From Candidatus Iainarchaeum sp. (GTDB lineage Archaea > Iainarchaeota > Iainarchaeia > Iainarchaeales > VGJJ01): a stretch of 32,000 nucleotides of DNA. Position numbers and translations under genes: made by a program. The notes below the pieces were generated by a model. That model ran no database searches, was not told where the DNA came from, and was given only the letters and a program-made list of their open reading frames with translations. Shown here piece after piece: positions 30,627 through 32,000 of this stretch. The stretch is taken from the NCBI GenBank assembly GCA_030688545.1, contig JAUYHT010000002.1:90001-122000 (forward strand), written 5' to 3'. Numbering within the stretch: position 1 is the first letter of the stretch; the number at the start of each line of letters is the position of its first letter.

Positions 30627-31535
30627 ATGGCCGGCTTGGTTTGTCCAGAATGCGGGAGCGATAAGCTCCGCAAAGATACGGAAAAAGGGGAAATAGTCTG
30701 CCAGAAATGCGGACTCATCGTTTCCGAAGACGAGATGGACTTTGGAAAAGAATGGCGGAGCTTCGACGGCGACTCTTTCGAGGATAGCGCCCGGACCGGG
30801 AGCCCCATGAAATATGTGAAGCTCAACAAGGGACTTGTTACGGTTATCGACCGCCGGGGTGCCGACGCCCGGGGAAATAAATTGTCCAGCAAGAGCAAAG
30901 CGCAAATGTACCGACTCATCAAATGGCACAAGCGCGCCAGCATCTCCAGCAGCATGCAGCGAAATCTTTCCATTGCACTGACCGAGTTGCGACGCGTGGC
31001 CAGCTACTTGAACATCCCCGAACAACTGGTGGAAGCCGCTGCCCTCCTCTACCGGAAAACTGTCAAGAAAGGACTCATTCGGGGACGGCTCATCGAAGCC
31101 GTCGTGGCGGCCGTACTTTACACGGTGTGCCGCACCTACCAGGTGCCCCGCACCCTCAATGAGATGGCCGAAGCCTCTGGATTAACCAAAAAGGAGATCG
31201 GGCGGACGTATCGTTTTCTCGTGCGCGAGCTGAAACTGGAAGTGCCCCTCACGAACCCTATCCACTATATCCCCCGCTTCGCGTCGGAATTGAATTTGAG
31301 CGGCGAGGTGCAGGAAGAAGGGCGGAAAATTTTGGAAGATGCCATAGGAAAAGGATTAATCTCCGGACGCGGACCCACGGGTGTCGCGGCCGCTGCGGTG
31401 TACATCGCCGGTCTCCTCAAAGGTGAACGGCGCACCCAGAAAGAAGTGGCCAACGTCGCGGGGGTTACGGAAGTCACCATCCGCAACCGCTACCGCGAAC
31501 TCAAGAAACGATTGGATATTGAAGTGTCGGCGTAA
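30627..31535 (+). CDS. tfb: transcription initiation factor IIB (TFB)
   Basis: MAGLVCPECGSDKLRKDTEKGEIVCQKCGLIVSE is the N-terminal Zn ribbon, followed by a B-reader/linker and two cyclin repeats (…RGRLIEAVVAAVLYTVCR…, …GRGPTGVAAAAVYIAGLL…). I start at Met30 of the track ORF, preceded by AAAGGTGGT (SD-like). Confidence 0.9.
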   Translation: MAGLVCPECGSDKLRKDTEKGEIVCQKCGLIVSEDEMDFGKEWRSFDGDSFEDSARTGSPMKYVKLNKGLVTVIDRRGADARGNKLSSKSKAQMYRLIKWHKRASISSSMQRNLSIALTELRRVASYLNIPEQLVEAAALLYRKTVKKGLIRGRLIEAVVAAVLYTVCRTYQVPRTLNEMAEASGLTKKEIGRTYRFLVRELKLEVPLTNPIHYIPRFASELNLSGEVQEEGRKILEDAIGKGLISGRGPTGVAAAAVYIAGLLKGERRTQKEVANVAGVTEVTIRNRYRELKKRLDIEVSA

Positions 31536-31561
31536 CGCCGGCATTTCAAACTATTTTTTTT
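31525..31561 (+). terminator. hairpin spanning the tfb stop codon, followed by a T8 tract
   Basis: GTCGGCG-TAA-CGCCGGC (5 GC pairs plus a G-U and a G-C pair, with the stop codon in the loop), then T8 at 31554-31561. It opens an extremely AT-rich convergent intergenic region (31536-31662). Confidence 0.45.
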
Positions 31562-31662
31562 ATTAATATTATTTTAAAAAATAAATTATTTTTAATAAAA
31601 TTTTTTCCTTAGAAAATAATTTGTAGTTTTTATTCCTCCAATGGGGAAAAGAACCCATTTTC

Positions 31663-32000
31663 TCACAAGTCATTCCGCACATGATGCAATTCCCGCTCGC
31701 GGTAGATTTGCTCTTTCAGCTTGACCATGTTGGGGATCGTCATGGGGCGGCCTTTACGGAGGAAGAAATTCACATTCTCCATGAATGATTTGCCCCCGAT
31801 GATTTCGGTGAGGACCACGTAATCCGCTCCCAGCTTATAGAGCTTCATGGCCTCCTCGTAATAATTGGCTTTCACGAAAATCTTGAGGCGGGGAAAATAG
31901 TGTTTCACGTAATCCGTGATGTACATGGCTTCCGGGATGTCGGGAATAACTATAATGAGTAATTTGGCCTTATCCGCATGCACATTCTCCAATATCTCGG
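31663..32000 (-). CDS. RCK/TrkA-N domain protein (K+ channel or transporter regulatory domain), C-terminal part; 5' end beyond the window
   Basis: ADKAKLLIIVIPDIPEAMYITDYVKHYFPRLKIFVKANYYEEAMKLYKLGADYVVLTEIIGG fits the second half of a TrkA-N Rossmann domain. The frame stays open to the window edge. Confidence 0.6.
   Translation of the reverse strand, partial: EILENVHADKAKLLIIVIPDIPEAMYITDYVKHYFPRLKIFVKANYYEEAMKLYKLGADYVVLTEIIGGKSFMENVNFFLRKGRPMTIPNMVKLKEQIYRERELHHVRNDL

Noticed and set aside
1-32000. CRISPR arrays, rRNA genes, IS elements, transposases and integrases
   Set aside because: I looked for regularly spaced direct repeats and for DDE, tyrosine or serine recombinase motifs in all long ORFs and found none.

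Overview
No search tools were run; every call below rests on motif recognition by eye and hand-indexed coordinates. The window looks like an archaeal chromosomal segment with a euryarchaeal/DPANN-like housekeeping set. That set includes FEN-1, proteasome-activating nucleotidase (PAN), full-length Hef, a single-fold histone, TFB, ribosomal protein S8e, FtsZ, SRP (7S) RNA and tRNA-Asn. There is also a 2-oxoacid dehydrogenase E1alpha/E1beta/E2 cluster with lipoyl synthase nearby. Most genes have an A/T-rich TATA-like box centred about 25-29 nt upstream of the ATG, which suggests mostly leaderless mRNAs and helped me choose start codons. Three short, visibly AT-rich islets interrupt the roughly 50-60% G+C backbone and carry the unusual content. 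(1) About 6080-7270 holds an orphan AlbC-type tRNA-dependent cyclodipeptide synthase (XYP subtype by motif) preceded by a 49-codon Cys-rich ORF. (2) About 13700-16230 holds a three-gene minus-strand operon (XRE-HTH/ImmA-IrrE metallopeptidase, then DUF4411 PIN-like, then a small 2-TM protein) facing a blasticidin-S-deaminase-like cytidine deaminase. (3) About 18305-19170, directly 3' of tRNA-Asn, holds a membrane-anchored PD-(D/E)xK nuclease-like protein. Other points of interest:
- an SdpI/DUF1648 membrane gene inserted between E1beta and E2
- a very short STT3/AglB-like glycosyltransferase with a degenerate WWDYG motif
- a PAN without a C-terminal HbYX motif
- an S8e with a basic tail
- a 15-bp Lrp-type palindrome over the Lrp gene start
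- a membrane-anchored NlpC/P60-like hydrolase
- two intergenic TATA-to-oligo-T units that may be ncRNAs
I saw no CRISPR array, rRNA, transposase or integrase.
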